NCBI RefSeq assembly: GCF_018350175.1
Contig: NC_058368.1
Span: forward strand, 172,114,001-172,178,000
Direction: 5' to 3'
DNA from: Felis catus
Taxonomy: Eukaryota
Length of the DNA stretch: 64,000 nucleotides
Part shown: positions 11,801 to 26,700 of the stretch, one piece after another
Position numbering within the stretch: the first letter of the stretch is position 1
Layout of the letters: the number at the start of each line of letters is the position of its first letter
Made by a program: the position numbers and the translations under genes
Notes under the pieces: model-generated
What the model was told of the DNA's origin: nothing
Seen by the model: the letters and a program-made list of their open reading frames with translations, nothing else
Database searches by the model: none

Positions 11801-14800
11801 ACACACACACAAGAAGTCTGGGAAAATCAATCAAACTGATAACACTGGTTATTTCTAGGTAGAATGAAATTAGAAGAGAGGAAGGAAAGACTGTTGTCTA
11901 AGTGTTCTAGTGGACATTCTAGTAAACGTGTATGTAAAAAGTAGATCTGCCCCATTTTATGGTGACATTTGCCTCTTGCACCATTAAAAGTGCATTTGAC
12001 ATTAAAAGTCAAAGAATTTTTCAATTTAAATTAGCTTACTAAAGGCTTGAAGAGCATGTTTTTCAAGTAAAAACTGAAATCTACAGCTTCAGTTGTTTCT
12101 GTTTTAAAGAAATGCTTGGAGTTTTTTTTAGAGCCCCTTTAAGAATTAAATGGTGAGGCCACTCCAGTGTTAAAAGGAGAAAGGTATTTTCTGGCAACTA
12201 ATGTTGCTGCTATTTTGGTAATTGTGTAAGCTAATCAAATACTTCATGCTCATCTTCAGCTTGCCATTTTAGTGTTCAATTCTACTGCAACAGTTTTGTA
12301 CTAATTGTAGTTCTGCTGATGTTCCATTTGTAGGAAAATTGAAAAGATGACATTTTGTGAGGTCCCATTATTACTGTGGAAAGCATTTTATTTCAGCTTT
12401 TACTATATATTGTAGTATGCTGTATACTAGGTATATATAACATATTTTTATTTTATTTTTATTTTACTTTATTATTTTTTTAGTAATCTCTACATCCACA
12501 TGTAGAACTCATGACCCCAAGATCAAGAGTCACATGCTCCTCCCACTGAGCCAGCCAGGTGCCCCTGCACACACTTTTAAATCTTTAAAACAGGAAAACC
12601 ATGTACAGGATGAAATTATCAAAGTGTAATTTTCATGTATTAAAGTTTCCTTTGTCTTACAAAGTTTCTTTTTAAGAAAAAAAAATTTATTTTGAGAGAG
12701 AGAACCAGTTGGGGAGAGAGGCAGAGAGAGGGAGAGAGAGAATCCCAAGCAGGCATTGCACTGTCAGCATGCGACCGATGTGGGGCTCAAGCCTACAAAC
12801 CACGAGATCGTGACCTGAGCAGGATTGAGAGTTGGACGCTTAACCCACTGAGCCACCCAGGTGCCCCTAAAGTTTCTTAAAGAAGTTAGCTTTTAGCTAT
12901 TAAAAAGATGTGCTCATGAGTAAGGTTAAAAAAAAAAAATCGAAGAGTACAGGTGAAGTTATGAAAGAAATGCAACAGCTTCCTTCCTGGCCCCTTTTTA
13001 TCTCACTCCTGCTCCCTGGGTTTTTACCTGTTTTGTGGTAAATTCTTCTGATAGATACTTCAGTATTTTAAAATATACTTGCACCAGTTTGTTTTATCAA
13101 CATCGTATGTTAAATTGAGGATTTAGTGCACCTTGGTAGATATTAGGTGATAAGGGTTGAGAGCATCACACAATATTTACATTCCATTTTGTAACCTTGC
13201 GAGGGCTGTTACACGTTTTACTGTTGGTTGATTGCAAAAGCTGGACAAGAATAATAGCATTTGTTATATGGAATTGCTATGTACGTATTTTTCACAGTAG
13301 AGGCAGGTTTACAATGGCTAGGATTTTGTTTTTTTCCCTCTAGCCATAGTCAGGATCCTTTTGTAAGGGTGTTGAAAGGGAATGCCAGAATGAATTCTCC
13401 TTTCTTACATCCTACTAATTGGTCAAAATGCTGCCTTTTATAGTTTTGTCTTTTGGAGAAAGAAGCATGTGCTTTCTTCATAATTCTCTCATTTCTGGCT
13501 ATTCCTTATTTATTTGTTTATTTATTTAAGATTTTATTTTTGAGTAATCTCTACACCCAACTTATAAATGGGTCTTGAATTTATAATCCCTAGATCAGGA
13601 GTCACATGCTGCACTGACTGAACCAGGCAGGTGCCCTTCTGGCATTTCTTGAAGTCATTCTTTTTTCTTTATGATTGTCTTTTTATTCTACTTTCGGCTT
13701 TTTGCTTCATACTTGGATTATGATTCTCTTGTACATTTTCCTTTCTTCCCCAGCACAACCAGAATAGCTTCCTTCTCTCCATTCTTGTCTGCTCCTTTAT
13801 TATAGCCTCGGTCTTACCCTCAGTCATACTGTCTATTCTACAAATTTTTTTTTTTTCCTGGAGAGTGCCCTCTTGGAGACCTCCACCCTTCTAGCCCAAT
13901 CTAAACTGGTTGTTCCCTAGATTTGCCAAACTACTGGCCTACTAGAATTCCTTTCAAAGCTCTCCCAGGTTGCATTTATTATCTCTTAAATTTCATGTTT
14001 TATGCTTTCTTGGTTTTCATTCTTATTTTGCTGGTGCACGTTGAAAAGTAATTTCCTTTGAGAGGGTCATTAGGAAGTAAACTTCTGAGTCCTTATAGGA
14101 CTAAAATGCCTGTTTCTCTTCTCACACGTATGCTCCCAGGTGGTCTGGGGTCCACACTTTGAGTACCTAGGTTGTAGGAGATAACTTCAACTTTTTTTTT
14201 TTTTTTTTAAAGTAGGCTTCACACCCAGGGTGGAGCCCAATGCCTGGCCTGAGCTCATGACCTTGAGATTGAGACCTGAGCTAAGGTCAAGAGTCTGAAC
14301 CTTAACTGACTGAGCCACTTAGGTGCCTCCAGGGCCAGTTTTTTAATACATGTTTTTCTTTGTCATGCGCCAGATTTTCCTTAGATGTTGGCTGATTTTT
14401 GTTGCTGTTTCATATTTAAGATGAGGGTATATAGGAGCTTATTTATTGACAGGCTTCTCTTTTATGTGAGTAGATAGGGTGCTAGCTCTTACATTGGGGA
14501 TCCTTAAGCCAGTGTGTGGGAGTTTTGCTTTGGGGCGCCATCACCCAAAACTATCTGCTAAAGTTAGGAAAGAGCCTTGGGTATTCTTCCCCCTTCCCCC
14601 GCTCTTTTGTAGGAGAAACTCCTGACTCCTGTAAAGGAGTGAAAGAAGAGTAGACATTCTTCTATTACATAAGTAGACCTTGCTGTTCCCTTCTCCCTTT
14701 TTAAAAATTGAAATATATGACATAAGGTTACATTAGTTTCAAATGTACAACGTAAGTGATTTGGCAGCTCTGTTATGCTATGCTCCCAAGTCTAGCCGCC

Positions 14801-17169
14801 ATCTGTCACCATACAATGCTATTAAAATACCATTGACCATATTTCCTCTGCCATACCTTTTGTCTCTGTGATTGACTCTAAATTGGAGGCGTGTATCTCC
14901 CTCTCCTTTCACCCATTTTGCCCATCCCTGTAATCCCCTCTCCTCTGACAAGCATCAGTTTATTCTCTGTATTTATGGGTCTGTTTCTGTTTTGTTGGCT
15001 CATTTGTTTTGTTTGTTTGTTTTTAGATACCAGACATGAGTGAAATCATTCGGTATGTGTCTTTCCCTCACTTATTTCACTTGGTGTAATACTCTCTAGG
15101 TGCATCCATGTTTTCTCAAATGGCAAGTTCTCATTCTTTTTTATGACTCAGTGATACTCCACTGTGTATATATGCATATATATGTATCTCTATCTATCTA
15201 TCTACCTATCTATCTATCTTTATCCATTCATTTATTGATGGACACTTAGGTTGCTTCTGTATCTTGGCTATTGTAAATAATGCTGCAGTAAACATAGGGG
15301 TGCGTATATCTTCTTGAATTAGTGTTTTTGTTTTCTTTCGGTTAATACCCAGTAGTGGAATTAACAGATCATATCATATTTCTGTTTTTTAATTTTTTGA
15401 GAACTCTTGATATTGTTTTCCACAGTGGCTGCACCAATGTAAATTCTCACCAACAATCACGTGGGTTTCTTTTTCTCCTTGCCAACAGTTGTTATTTCTT
15501 ATCCTTTGGTTGTGGTCATTGTGAGATCTCATACTATCTCAGGTATGAGATGATATCTCATGGTTTTGATTTGCATTTCCCTGGTAATTAGTGATGTTGA
15601 GCATCTTTTCATGTGTCTCTTTGCCATCTGTATGTCTGTGGAAAAATACCTATTCAAGTCCTCTGCTGTTTTTAATTGGATTATTTGTTTTTTGATGTTG
15701 TGTAAGTTCTTTATATATTTTGGCTATTAACCCTTTATTGGATATATCATTTGGGAATATCTTCTTCCATTTAATAGGTTGCATTGTTGTTTTGTTGATG
15801 GTTTCCTTTGCTGTGCTAAAGCTTTTTATTTTGGTGTAGTCCCAATGGTTTATTTTTTGCTTCTGTTTTCTTTCCTGAACAGACATACCCAGAAAAATGT
15901 TGCTAAGTTGGATGTCAAAGAAATTACTGCCTATGTTTTCTTCCGGGAGTTTTATGGTTTCATGTTTTACATTTAGATCTTTAGTCCATTTTGAGTTTAT
16001 TTATGTGTGTGGTGTTAGAAAGTGGTCCAGTTTCATTCTTTTGCAGTTGGATATCCAGTTTTACCTGCACCATTTGTTGAAGAGACTATCTTTTCCCCGT
16101 ATGTGTTCTTGGATCCTTTGTTGTAGATTAATTGGCCACAGAAACGTGGGTTTATTTCTGGGCTCTCTGTTCCATTGATCTGCATGTCTATTTTTGTGTA
16201 GTACCATAGTGCGAGTGGGGGAGAGGGACAGAGAAGAGAGAGAATTCCACTCAGTATGGAGCCCATAACCCTGGGATCATGACGTGAACTGAAATCGCGA
16301 GTAAGATTCTCAACCAAATGAGCCACCCAGACACCCCAGTCCTGTACTATTTTGATTATAGCTTTGTGGTATATCTTGAAATCTGGAATTGTGATACCTC
16401 CGTCTGTATTCTTTATCAAGAAAGCTTTGGCTATTTGGGGTCTTTCGTAGTTCCATACAAATGTTAGAATTATTTGTTCTACTTCTGTAAAAAATGCTAT
16501 TGGTATTTTGGTAGGAGTTGCGTTAAATCTGTAGATTGCTTTGGGTAGTATGGACATTTTAACGATATTCTTGTAATCCATGAGCATGGAATGTCTTTCC
16601 ATTTGTGTTGTCTTCAATTTTTTTCATCAGTGTTTTATAGTTTTCAGATTATAGGTCTTTTACCTCCTTGGTTAAGTTTATTCCTAGATAATTTATTCTT
16701 TTTTTGGTGCAGTTGTAAATGAGCTTGTTTTGTTATTCTACTTCATTATCGGTGTATAGAAATGCAATAGATTACTGTATATTTTGTATCCTGTAACTTT
16801 GCTGAATTCATTCATTATTTCTCATAGTCTTTTTTTGTGTGGAATTTTTAGTTTTTTGTGTATAGTATCGTATCTGCACACAGTGACAGTTTTACTTCTT
16901 TCTTAAGTAAAACTGTTGCAATTTTGATGCCTTTTTATTTCTTTTTCTTATCTGCTGCAGCTAAGCCTTTCAGTACTATGTTGAGTAAGTGGCAAGAATG
17001 GACATATCCTTGTCTTGTGTGCCTGATACTAGAAGAAAAGCTGTCAGTTTTTCACCATTGAGTATGATGTTAGCTGTGGGTTTGTTATACATGGTTTTTA
17101 TTATGTTGAGGTATGCTTTTTCTAAACCCACTATTTTCAGATTTTTTTTTTAAATTTTTAATGTTTATT

Positions 17170-17211
<42 letters not shown>

Positions 17212-20200
17212 TGTGAGCAGGGGAGGAGCAGAGAGAGAGGGAGACACAGAATCTGAAGCAGGCTTCAGGCTCTGAACTGTCAGCACAGAGCCCAACATGG
17301 GGCTCGAACTCACGAACCACGAGATTATAACCTGAGCCGGTTGGTCGCTTAACCAACTGAGCCACCCAGGTGCCCCTGTTTTGAGAGTTTTTATCATGAT
17401 CGGATGTTGAATTTTGCCAAATTTTTTTTTTGTATCTGTTGAGATGCTCATATGATTTTTATTCTTCATTATATTAATGCAGTGTATCTTGATTGATTTG
17501 TGTATATTGACCCATCTTAGCATCCCAGGAATAAATCTCAATTGATAGTAGTGACTGATCCTTTTAATATATTGTTGCATGCAGTTTGCTCATGTTTTGT
17601 TGAGGTTTTTTTACATCAGTGTTTATCAGGGATATTGGCCTGTAGTTTTCTTCTTTTGTAGTGTCTTTGTCTAGTTTTGGTATCAGTGTAATGCTGGCCT
17701 TGGAGAATGTACTTGGAAGTTTTGTTTCCTGTTGCACTTTTCGGAATGGTTTGAGGCGAATAGGTATTAACTCTTTAAATGTTTGGTGGCATTCACTTGT
17801 GAATCCATCTGGTCCTGGACTTTTGTTTGTTGGGAGTTTTTTTGATTACTGATTCAGTTTTGTTACTAGGAATCAAGTCTGTTCAGATTTTCTGTTTCTT
17901 CCTGATTCACTTTTAGAAAATTGTATGTTTCTAGGAATTTATCCATTTCTTCTAGGTTGTCCAATTTGTTGGCATATAATTTTTTATAGTAGTCTCTTAT
18001 AATCATTTGTATTTCTGTGGTGTCCATTCTTCTCTTTCTTTTTTTTTATTTTTATTTTTATTTTTTTTTCAACATTTATTTATTTTTGGGACAGAGAGAG
18101 ACAGAGCATGAACAGGGGAGGGGCAGAGAGAGAGGGAGGCACAGAATCGGAAACAGGCTCCCGGCTCTGAGCCATCAGCCCAGAGCCCGACGCGGGGCTC
18201 GAACTCACGGACCGCGAGATCGTGACCTGGCTGAAGTCGGACGCTTAACCGACTGCGCCACCCAGGCGCCCCAATTCTTCTCTTTCGTTTCTGATTTATT
18301 TTACTTGGGTCTTTTTTCTTTTTCTCTTGATGAGTCTAGCTAAAGGTTTATCATTGTTTATCTTTTCAAAGAACCAGCTCTTGGTTTCATTGATCTTTTC
18401 TGTGTTTTTTTTTTTTTTTAGGTTCTATATCATTTATTACTGCTCTGATCTTTATTTCCTTTTTTCTACTAACTTTGGCCTGTTCTTTTTTTAGTTTCTT
18501 TAGGTGTAAGATTGTTTGAGATATTTCTTGTTTCTTAAGGCAGACCTGTATTGCTATAAATTTCCTTCTTACAGCTGTTTTTGCTGCATGTCAAAGATTT
18601 TGGACTGTTGTGTTTTCACTGTCATTGGCCTCCATGTATTTTTTTTATTTCCTCTTTAATTTCATTTGCCCATTGGTTGTTTAGTAGCATGTTGTTTAGT
18701 TCCCATGTGTTTTTCTTTTTTTTTTTCTTGTAATTGAGTTCTAGTTTTATACTGTTGTGGTTGGAAAAGATGCATGATATGATGTCAGTCTTCTTAAATT
18801 TACTGACACTTGTTTTGTAGCCTAATGTGTGATCCATCCCAGGGAATGTTTCATGTGTACTTGAAAAGAATGTGTATTCTGTTTTAGTATGGAATATTCT
18901 GTATATATCTGTTAAGTCCATTTGGTGTAACGTGTCAAAGACATGTTTCCTTACTGATTTTCTTTGTCTGGATGATCTATCAGTTGATGTTAAAGTGGGG
19001 TGTTCAGGTCCCCTGCTATTATTGTATTACTGTCAGTTTCTTTCTCTATGTCTGTTAATAATTGTTTTATGTATTTAGATGCTTCAGGGTTGGGTACATA
19101 GGTATTTACAATTGCATATCCTCTTTTTTGTATTGATCGTTTTATCATTAAGTAATTCCCTTTGTCTCTTGTTACAGTATTTGTTTTGAGATCTGTTTTG
19201 TTTAATGTAAGTATTGCTGCTCTGGTGGTGTTCTTGTTTTTGTTTGTTTCCTTTTTTTCTTTTTTTTTTTTTTTTTTTTTGCTGCTTCCATCTGCATGGA
19301 ATATCTTTTTCCATCTCATCACTCAGTCTGTATATGTCTTTAAGGTCTGAGGTGAATCTTTTCTAAACGGCCTATTGCTGGGTCTTGTTTTTTGTCCATT
19401 TTGTCACCCTGTGTCTTTTGTTTGAAGCATTTAGACCATTTACATTTAAAGTAATTGTCACTAGGTGTATACTTATGCCATGATGTTACTTGTTTTCTGG
19501 TTATGTAGTTCTTGTCTGTTCCTTTCTTCTTTTGCTCTTGTATTGATGAGTTTCTTTGCTGCTATACTTGGTTTGCTTTTTTATTTTTTGTGTATCTATT
19601 ATAGGTTTTTGGTGTGAAGTTACCATGAGATTAGTATATAACATCTTAAATATGTAGCAGTCTATATTAAAGTTGATGGTCACTTAAACTTGAACACCTT
19701 CTAAAAGAATTTCATTTTTACCAACCCTCCATGTTTTATGTATATGTTGTCATATTTTACATCTTTTTGTGAGTCACCTTAACTAATTGTTTAGATGTAA
19801 CTGATTTGACTGTTTCTTTCATTTAACCTTCATATTAGCTTTATAATTGCTTACTATCCTTATTGTATATTAGCTTTTATTCATGAATTTTTTTCCATTC
19901 ATAATTTTCTTTTAATTATAGCTTTTTCTTTCCCACTTAATGAAGTCCCTTTAATGTTCCTTAAGGCTGGTTTAGTGGTGATGAACTCCTTTCACTTTTG
20001 TGTGGGTAACTGTTTATCTCCTCTTCAATTCTGAATAGTAATCTTGCTGGGTAGATCATTCTTCTTTGCAGTTCTTTCCTTTAAGCATTTTGAATACATC
20101 ATGCCACTCCTTTCTGGCCTGCAAAATTTTTGCTGGAAAATTAGCTGATAGATTTGTGGGATATTCCTTGTACATGACTATTTGCCTCTTTCTGCTTTTA

Positions 20201-20700
20201 AAACTTTTAAAATTTTTAGTCTTTGACATTTTAATTATTATGTGTCATGGTATAGAACTCTCTGGGTTCATCTTTCTCTCCTTTTGGGACTCCTTCTAAT
20301 ACAAATGTTTGTTCGCTTGATGTTATCCAAGAGATCTCATAACCTATCCTGTATTTTTTCTTTTTTTTACTGTCCAGCTTGGATACTTTCCATTATCCTG
20401 TTTTTCAGATTGCTGCTCCTGCATCTTCTAATTTTTTTAAGCTTATTTATTTATTTTGAGAGAGAATGTGCATGTGGGAGCAAGCAGGGAAGGGGCAGAG
20501 AGAGAGTGAGAGAGAGAAAATCCCAAGCAGGCTCTGTACCCGTGGGATTCTTTACTTGAGGCTTTAACCCATGAACCGTGAGGTCATGACCTCAGCTGAA
20601 ATCAAGAGTTGGATGTTTAACCCTCTGAGCCACCCAGGTGCCCCTTCTAATGATTTTTGTTTTTTTGAACACTCAGGTCTTTTTTTTTTTTTTTTTTTTT

Positions 20701-20739
<39 letters not shown>

Positions 20740-23700
20740 AGGAGAGGGGCAGAGGGAGAGAGAAAGAGAATCTTAAGCAGGCTTCACACTCTGTGGGATG
20801 TCCTGGCATGTTTCTCCTTTTTCTTAACTCCCTTTTCCAGTTGACCTTTCTTCACTTGGGGCTTTTCTGGGTTGGGATGGGAATGAAATTGGATTTCTTT
20901 GTGCTATGCACTTTTTGCCACATTTTAGATTGTGGTTAGTGTCTAGAAACTTTACTAGAAATGAAAATTTCTATTTAAAGATAGTAGGTTGTACATAGAC
21001 ATCTACTCCACTAAAAGAGTAAAGTTTAAAAATTCTTAAGTACATAAAACCACAAGAAAAGGAAGAATGGGTGAAAGGATGAGCAAGAAAATTTCGGAAC
21101 TATAAAGCAAAAAGGAATACTGTATATGACTTAGTAGATCTAATAGACCTGAATGAGAGTGGTGTAATAGTGTCAATCTATTCTAAAATAAGAATATTGA
21201 AAAATGGAAGAAGTGAATTTATATATCCTGTGTACATATATATACACATATATATCCTGAAAGCCCTCAGCCTTCTTCTGTTCTGCCCCTAGAATGTGGC
21301 AGCTTGTCCTTTACTCTCCCAAATCTGACATTGGAAGATTCTTTAGGTGATTTGACTAGCTCGCGAGGAAAGACTTAATGACACTGACATTGGTTCCCCA
21401 ATTAAATGGCTCAGCCTGATCACTTACCTTAAATGATGCCTTATAGTTTGATAAGCCTTCTAAATAGCTTTGTGGCCTTTCACTTAAATATGGATATCTG
21501 ACATAGGCTTCTTAACATTAAAAGGTAGAGTTTAAAGCTCAAAGAAAAGAAAAGCAACTGGGAGCAAGCAAACTATGCAGGTAGAAGAAAATTTAAACTA
21601 TATTGATCTCCTTAGGTAGATTTTTACAATCATGGAATAACAGGATAATCTATAAAAGCATAATTTAAACAAAGATAGCATTTGGAAATTAAAAATATGA
21701 GAGCAGAAACAATCTTAATAGATGGTTTGCAAGATACAGTTAATAATGTTCCTCAGAAGGTTGGGGTGGGGGGCAGAGGAGGAATCAGAGGTAGGAAATA
21801 TCAGAGCAGAGTAAAGAATCATGAGGATCAGTCCATGAGGTCCTTCAGCACTGAGGGATGTGAATTTCCAAAGAAGCAAGGTCCATTCATTGGCCAGTGC
21901 AGTAGATGAAAAATAGACAGCTGGGAAATTTCGTAATACTGGGGACAGAAGGAAGAACCTAGAAGCTTCCAGACTGAAAAAAAAATACATCAGACAAATC
22001 TGAAATGCTTTGTCTTCTCACCATCAAAATTGGAGGCATGTGGGAGACAGCACTGTCTTCAAAATGATTTCCAGCCTAGAATTCTTTATCCAGCCTGTCA
22101 GCTCGGAGGATAACGATATTTTCAGATGTACAGTATCTCAGTACTTATCCCCCTTGCATCCTTCCTTCAGAAGGTTTGGGAGGGTATACTTCATGAAAAG
22201 AATAAAGAAAATTAAGGAGGAAGACAGGATATAGGAATCCTGGACTCTGTAGGGTAGAGGCATGGGGAACCATAGGATGCTAGTAAGAGGACAGTGTAGT
22301 ATGATAGATGTGTATCAGCTGTAGATGATAAGCAGCCGATTGGAACAGATGAGAGGGCTCAACGATAGTCTTGGAGATGAAACTGATGTGTCTGAATTAA
22401 CATTTGAGAAAAAAATTTAGGAAACTAGTGGAAGGTTGAATTAGTGATAGGGATGATATAGAGAAAATGAAGCAAATGCAATGATAAGACATTAATTATG
22501 GGAAGAACAAAGGATTGTGCAGGAAAGAAAAAGTAATCCTAGCTTACCACATGGTTTAATTGTGAATTGCATTTACAGAATCATAATAATGTAAAGACTG
22601 AGTGCTCATCTAACTCTGGTTATCACTGGGAATGGTTTTCCCCCCTTTAGGGGACATTTGCATTACCTGGAGATCTTTTTAGCTGTTATATCTTGGTGGG
22701 GAGTGCTAATGAGTAGAGGCTAGGGATGCGCTGAACATCATGCAGTGCACAGGAAAGCTCTTCTCAACATAGACTTCTCTTCTTCAAAATGTCAGTAGTG
22801 CTGAAGTTGACATCCTAACCAAAATTGTGATACAGTTTTGTTGGGTGGATGGAGAGATGAGAAGGGTGTGTAGAATGGGAGTGGGAATGGAGTTAATTCC
22901 ATAATGGAAGTCAGTAGAAAATGCCCCAAACTGAGCAAATAATAAATGTCTAGAGTGTTTTAGGGATGTGTTAAGTTAAATAAAATCAGATACAAAATTA
23001 GTTTTTTGCAGTGCTGTTTATCCTGTTTTACCACCCAGTGGTCATTATTAGATGTGGGCAGTGGTCTGATATAGTTCAGTTCACAAAGTTGGTGGTTTGC
23101 TATTCGTAGTCTAATCCAAGCTTGTGCAGTTTGGGATTGACCCTCAGTTTGTAAACAATTTCCTGGGGCCATTTTCCTGAACTGCTTCTCTTTAGCTATT
23201 TCCCTGATACTTATTGGCTCTTTAGGTCTACCCTTTTGGTCCTTTAGTCAGAAGCCGCTCTGGCACACACTTCATGTGTCTCTGCTCACGTCTGAGACCA
23301 AGTGGCTGAAGGTTAGAAGAAAAAAAACCAGTGAACATTAGCCCTACTCTCCTGGGAGCACATAGCTCTTGGGATTCAAGAGAAAGTTTCCTGTCCCTTA
23401 GAGTTTTAGCCTCTGTGGGTCTCTGTTACACACACTATTGCTGCCACCTCTAACCATGATGGCATTGCTTGTGGGCTGGGGCATGGGAGAATGGAGAAAA
23501 GAAAAGGAAAACCCTACTCTCTGCAAGAGTTAGACTCCTCTCTTGACCCTTGAGGCTTGACCCTAGAGGGCTTCTGGGGCTCTCTCTTTCCCAGCTGGTG
23601 CTCACTTCTAACCCCCAGTCCGGCCAGGCAACACTAGAGGGTGGAAAAATGGTAAATTCACTTGAGATACTGTCCTCCCCAGTCTTCCTGCTACTGTTTA

Positions 23701-26700
23701 CTTTTTACAGTCTTCAAGTAGCTGCTGTATGCTTTTTTTGTCCAGGTTTGATAGTGACATTTTATGGGAGGGACAGAGTGTGCTTGTTCCATCTAACCAG
23801 AATAGGACCTACGTACACATTTAAAAGATAAATTGTAACTATCAGTATGTCATTCTCAATGTATATGTCAAACAATTTGCTAGACTATAGGAATAAAAAC
23901 AGGGAAAGATAGGGTACTTATCTCAGTGAACTACTTTAGAGGAGTTTGTGGACAGTGATAGTAAACGCCAGATAATTGTAAAAGAGTTGGGAGTCTCAGA
24001 GATTATATAAATCTGTTCAGAGGAGTCTGGTGTATCTACATAAGAGGGGTAATGTTTGTAAGTCATGAAGGATGAATTAGGAGTTTGCTAGGTGGACAAG
24101 GGAAAGGAAGTAGATATAGTATATAGATGACAATTTAAGATATTTCTAAGAATTTGGTATCCCTGGGTATAAAGAGCCCCTTAAAGTAATCCAAGAGGTT
24201 ATGCAGGTGAGTAGGAACCAGATCTTGAATGCCATCTAGAAGAGTTTGGATTTTTTTATTTTAGATAATGCCACCGGGATTGCATGTTACACATTTTGTT
24301 CCTGGTGTATGTGCAGTTTAAGCTCCTTTTCCCCATAGTTTTTCTGTATTGAAATATAGGTTAATTGTACCTACATTCGTCTTACCATTTACTTATTTAT
24401 TCCCTTATTGGAATGTTACATTATTTTTATAATTTAAAAGCATGTTTTTTGAACATGAACGAAAAAGGTTGATTTGAACCTTGGAAACAAGCAAAATTAT
24501 TTGCTAATGAATAGTGTGAGTGATCAAATTGTCAATAACTAATTCTTAATTTTTAAAAATAACTTAAAAACCTTTGGATTTTGGGGTGCCTGGGTGGCTC
24601 AGTTGGTTCAGTGTCTCACTTTTGCTCAGGTCATGATCTCATGGTCCATGGGTTCAAGCCCCACATCAGGCTCTGTGCTGACAGCTTGGACCTGGAGCCT
24701 GCTTCAGATTCTGTGTCTGCCTCTCTCTCTCTCCCCACTCACATTCTGTCTCTCTCTCTCAAAAATAAATAAATATTAAAAAATTTAGGGGCGCCTGGGT
24801 GGCTTGGTCGGTTAAGCGTCCAACTTCGGCTCGGGTCATGATCTCACAGTCTGTGAGTTCAAGCCCCGCGTCGGGTTCTGTGCTGGCAGCTCAGAGCCTG
24901 GAGCCTGTTTCCGATTCTGTGTCTCCCTCTCTGTCTGCCCCTCCCCTGTTCATGCTCTGTCTCTCTCTGTCTCAAAAATAAATAAACGTTAAAAAAATAA
25001 AATAAAAAAATAAATTTAAAACAACCAATGGATTTCTTTTTTGTAGTTCAATCTGTCTCTCCAAGGCATTTCCAAAAAATTCTATGCAGTGGAAGAAGTA
25101 ATGGGTGGTTGCTTAAGGAGTGCCGTGAATCCCATTCACTTAGATTTTTAAATTCTGACTTCTTAACAGAAATAGGGGTTTATTGTCTCAGTCACATGTA
25201 TATGTAATATAGTGTATATTTATGCTGTATATATAAAATATGTCCCCACCTTCCTTCAAATGTACTTGGAAAAGATAATTTAGGATTTTAAAAAGTGAGT
25301 ATACTTTAAAAAGTTATTTTAAACGTACGTTTTAAGAGGTATTTTGAGCTCCGGTTCTGCAGATGGGGGGTCTTTGAGAAGTGTAGTCTGTTAATTAAAC
25401 AAGAGTTGATTTCTTGTCGCTTTGTAATACTTTAAACAAGAAGATTAAGCAGCTAACATCTTACCTATTTGAATGAATGAATATATTTGTACATTATATG
25501 CTGTGGCACCTGGGTGGCTCAGTCGGTTAGGCGTCTGACTCTTGATTTCAGGATTGTGGTTATGATCGCAGGATTGTAGGATCAAGCCCTATGTCAGGCT
25601 CTGTGCTGTCAGTGTGGAGCCTGCTTGGGATTCTCTCTCCCTCTCCTTTGTCCCTCCCCTGCTTGCATGCACGCTCTCGCTCTCGGCTCGCGCGCTCTCT
25701 CTCTTTCTCTCTCTCTGTCAGCAAAAAAAAACAATGCTTTTTTTTTTTTTTAAATGTTACCAGTCATGGGAGGAAATCCTAGTGAACGTTGTTTCCTTGC
25801 TCCCTTTATTTTGTTAACAAAGGGTAAATGGCCTCTTAAAAAAACTCTATTATGAATGAGATAACTGTGAAAAACTTTTTTCAGGCTTCTCTTCCTTGTG
25901 CAGCATTGGTGGTAGAGTGGTGAGCATAGCTGCCTTCCATCCAGACTCCTCTTCCCTACAGTAATGCTTCCAAATTTTCCTTTCTTGATCAGCACTTGGT
26001 CCCTTTTTTATGTTGGTGGTTAAAGCAGTTCAGTAGGTTAAATTTGTTATGGTTTGTAAATGTAATTTTAATGTTTTTTGTTTTTGACAGCCGATTTATT
26101 TTGCATATTCCCAGCGAGGAAAGAGACAATGCTATCCGAGTGTGTTTTCAGATTGAACTTGCCCATTGGTTTTACTTGGATTTCTACATGCAGAACACAC
26201 CAGGATTACCTCAGTGTGGGATAAGAGACTTTGCTAAAGCTGATATCCTTTTTTTTTACTATAATGACTGTCTTTCATTATTGCTAATAAAATATTTTAG
26301 TACAGATTTCCTTTTGCTTGTGTTTGAGATTTAAAACTTACTAGATAACTATACTTGGTTTCTAAAAATTGTCAATATAAATAGTAGACACAATTTAACA
26401 GTATATTTATTTTTATCTAGAGGACCCTTTGAAATAATGCAGTGATTGTTAGAATTAAATTTGGTTTTCTCTTTCAGAAATAACTACCCTGTTTCTAGAA
26501 CTGACCTCTGTTTTTACTTTGTTCTTGCTGTTCCATTTAACTAGATGATCTTTAATCAAATCACTACCTTTTGGGGATAGAAATTGTTAAATAATTATTG
26601 AATATTTAATATGTTAAAAGCAATGATTTTAGTTTTGTGGCAAATACAAAGAAGTCCTTGCTTTCAAAGTTTTTTTTTTCCCATTTACAAATAAGATAGA

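Noticed and set aside
15650..19322. Minus-strand ORFs with endonuclease and reverse-transcriptase similarity, as a possible active or novel RT system
   Set aside because: Fragments of an ordinary decayed L1 ORF2 with stops, frameshifts and nested SINEs.
25996..26334. 112-aa ORF as a stand-alone gene
   Set aside because: It is DCP2 exon 2 plus intronic read-through on both sides.
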